Below, piece by piece: positions 63,501 through 64,000 of a DNA stretch of 64,000 nucleotides. Under the pieces are notes generated by a model that saw only the letters and a list, made by a program, of their open reading frames with translations, did not search any database and was not told the origin of the DNA. Every line of letters begins with the position of its first letter. Within the stretch, counting starts at the first letter, position 1. The stretch is from positions 337,023-401,022 of the forward strand of contig CM082586.2 in NCBI GenBank assembly GCA_040954595.2, written 5' to 3'. The stretch comes from Balanoglossus misakiensis. Its lineage: Eukaryota > Animalia > Hemichordata. Made by a program: the position numbers and the translations under genes.

Positions 63501-64000
63501 AAATTTCGAAGTTTGGAAAAGTGGAAAAATCGTCGATTTTTGACGATTTTCCTGAGCTATAACCCATGATTTCTTGAAAAATCGACGAAATTTCGAAGTT
63601 TGGAAAAGTGGAAAAATCGTCGATTTTTGACGATTTTCCTGAGCTATAACCCATGATTTCTTGAAAAATCGACGAAATTTCGAAGTTTGGAAAAGTGGAA
63701 AAATCGTCGATTTTTGACGATTTTCCTGAGCTATAACCATGATTTCTTGAAAAATCGACGAAATTTCGAAGTTTGGAAAAGTCGAAAAATCGTCGATTTT
63801 TGACGATTTTCCTGAGCTATAACCCATGATTTCTTGAAAAATCGAACGAAATTTCGAAGTTTGGAAAAGCCGAAAAATCGTCGATTTTGACGATTTTCCT
63901 GAGCTATTCACGAGATGTGTATCTCTCTGAAAAATCGACGGAAATAAATTTCGAAGTTTGGAAAGCGAAAAATCGTCGATTTTGACGATTTTCCTGAGCT
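51598..64000 (-). repeat. Satellite type A block 3, >=142 x 87-bp monomers in reverse orientation, running off the window
   Basis: Reverse complement of the type A monomer (gagctataacccatgatttcttgaaaaatcgacgaaatttcgaagtttggaaaagt(c/g)gaaaaatcgtcgatttttgacgattttcct). Units are degraded at ~62760-62950 and 63840-64000. Confidence 0.98.

Noticed and set aside
28387-63911. Giant ORFs (2573, 1186, 684, 3393, 2062 aa etc.) as protein-coding genes
   Set aside because: They are translations of an 87-bp monomer that happens to lack stops in two frames. They swap frames at 1-nt indels, occur on both strands following block orientation, and the 88-bp sister family has no such ORFs. Kept only as a hypothesis in findings.
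27931-64000. CRISPR array
   Set aside because: There are no unique spacers (whole units are near-identical), no cas genes, and the context is eukaryotic.

Overview
Eukaryotic, intron-rich animal DNA; the gene content and style suggest a marine invertebrate deuterostome (inference). The left ~28 kb is a compact gene cluster that I could splice by hand: the 5' half of a glycine-receptor-alpha-like Cys-loop channel (minus strand, runs off the left edge), an MS4A/CD20-like four-TM gene (minus) head-to-head with CCDC43 (plus; two consecutive minor-spliceosome U12 introns, one AT-AC and one GT-AG, around a 50-nt exon), ELP6, and two tandem OATP/SLCO transporter genes. The second SLCO gene stops after its Kazal-domain exon. 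About 180 bp into that intron begins a >36 kb satellite array that fills the rest of the window. The array is built from related 87-bp (type A) and 88-bp (type B) monomers in blocks of alternating orientation, with fold-back/palindromic junctions, higher-order repeats, a 16-bp box shared by all subfamilies and strong internal dyad symmetry. The giant ORFs in the ORF track come from the 87-bp (29-codon) monomer. They are probably not genes, although variants in the first block look skewed toward synonymous changes in one frame.
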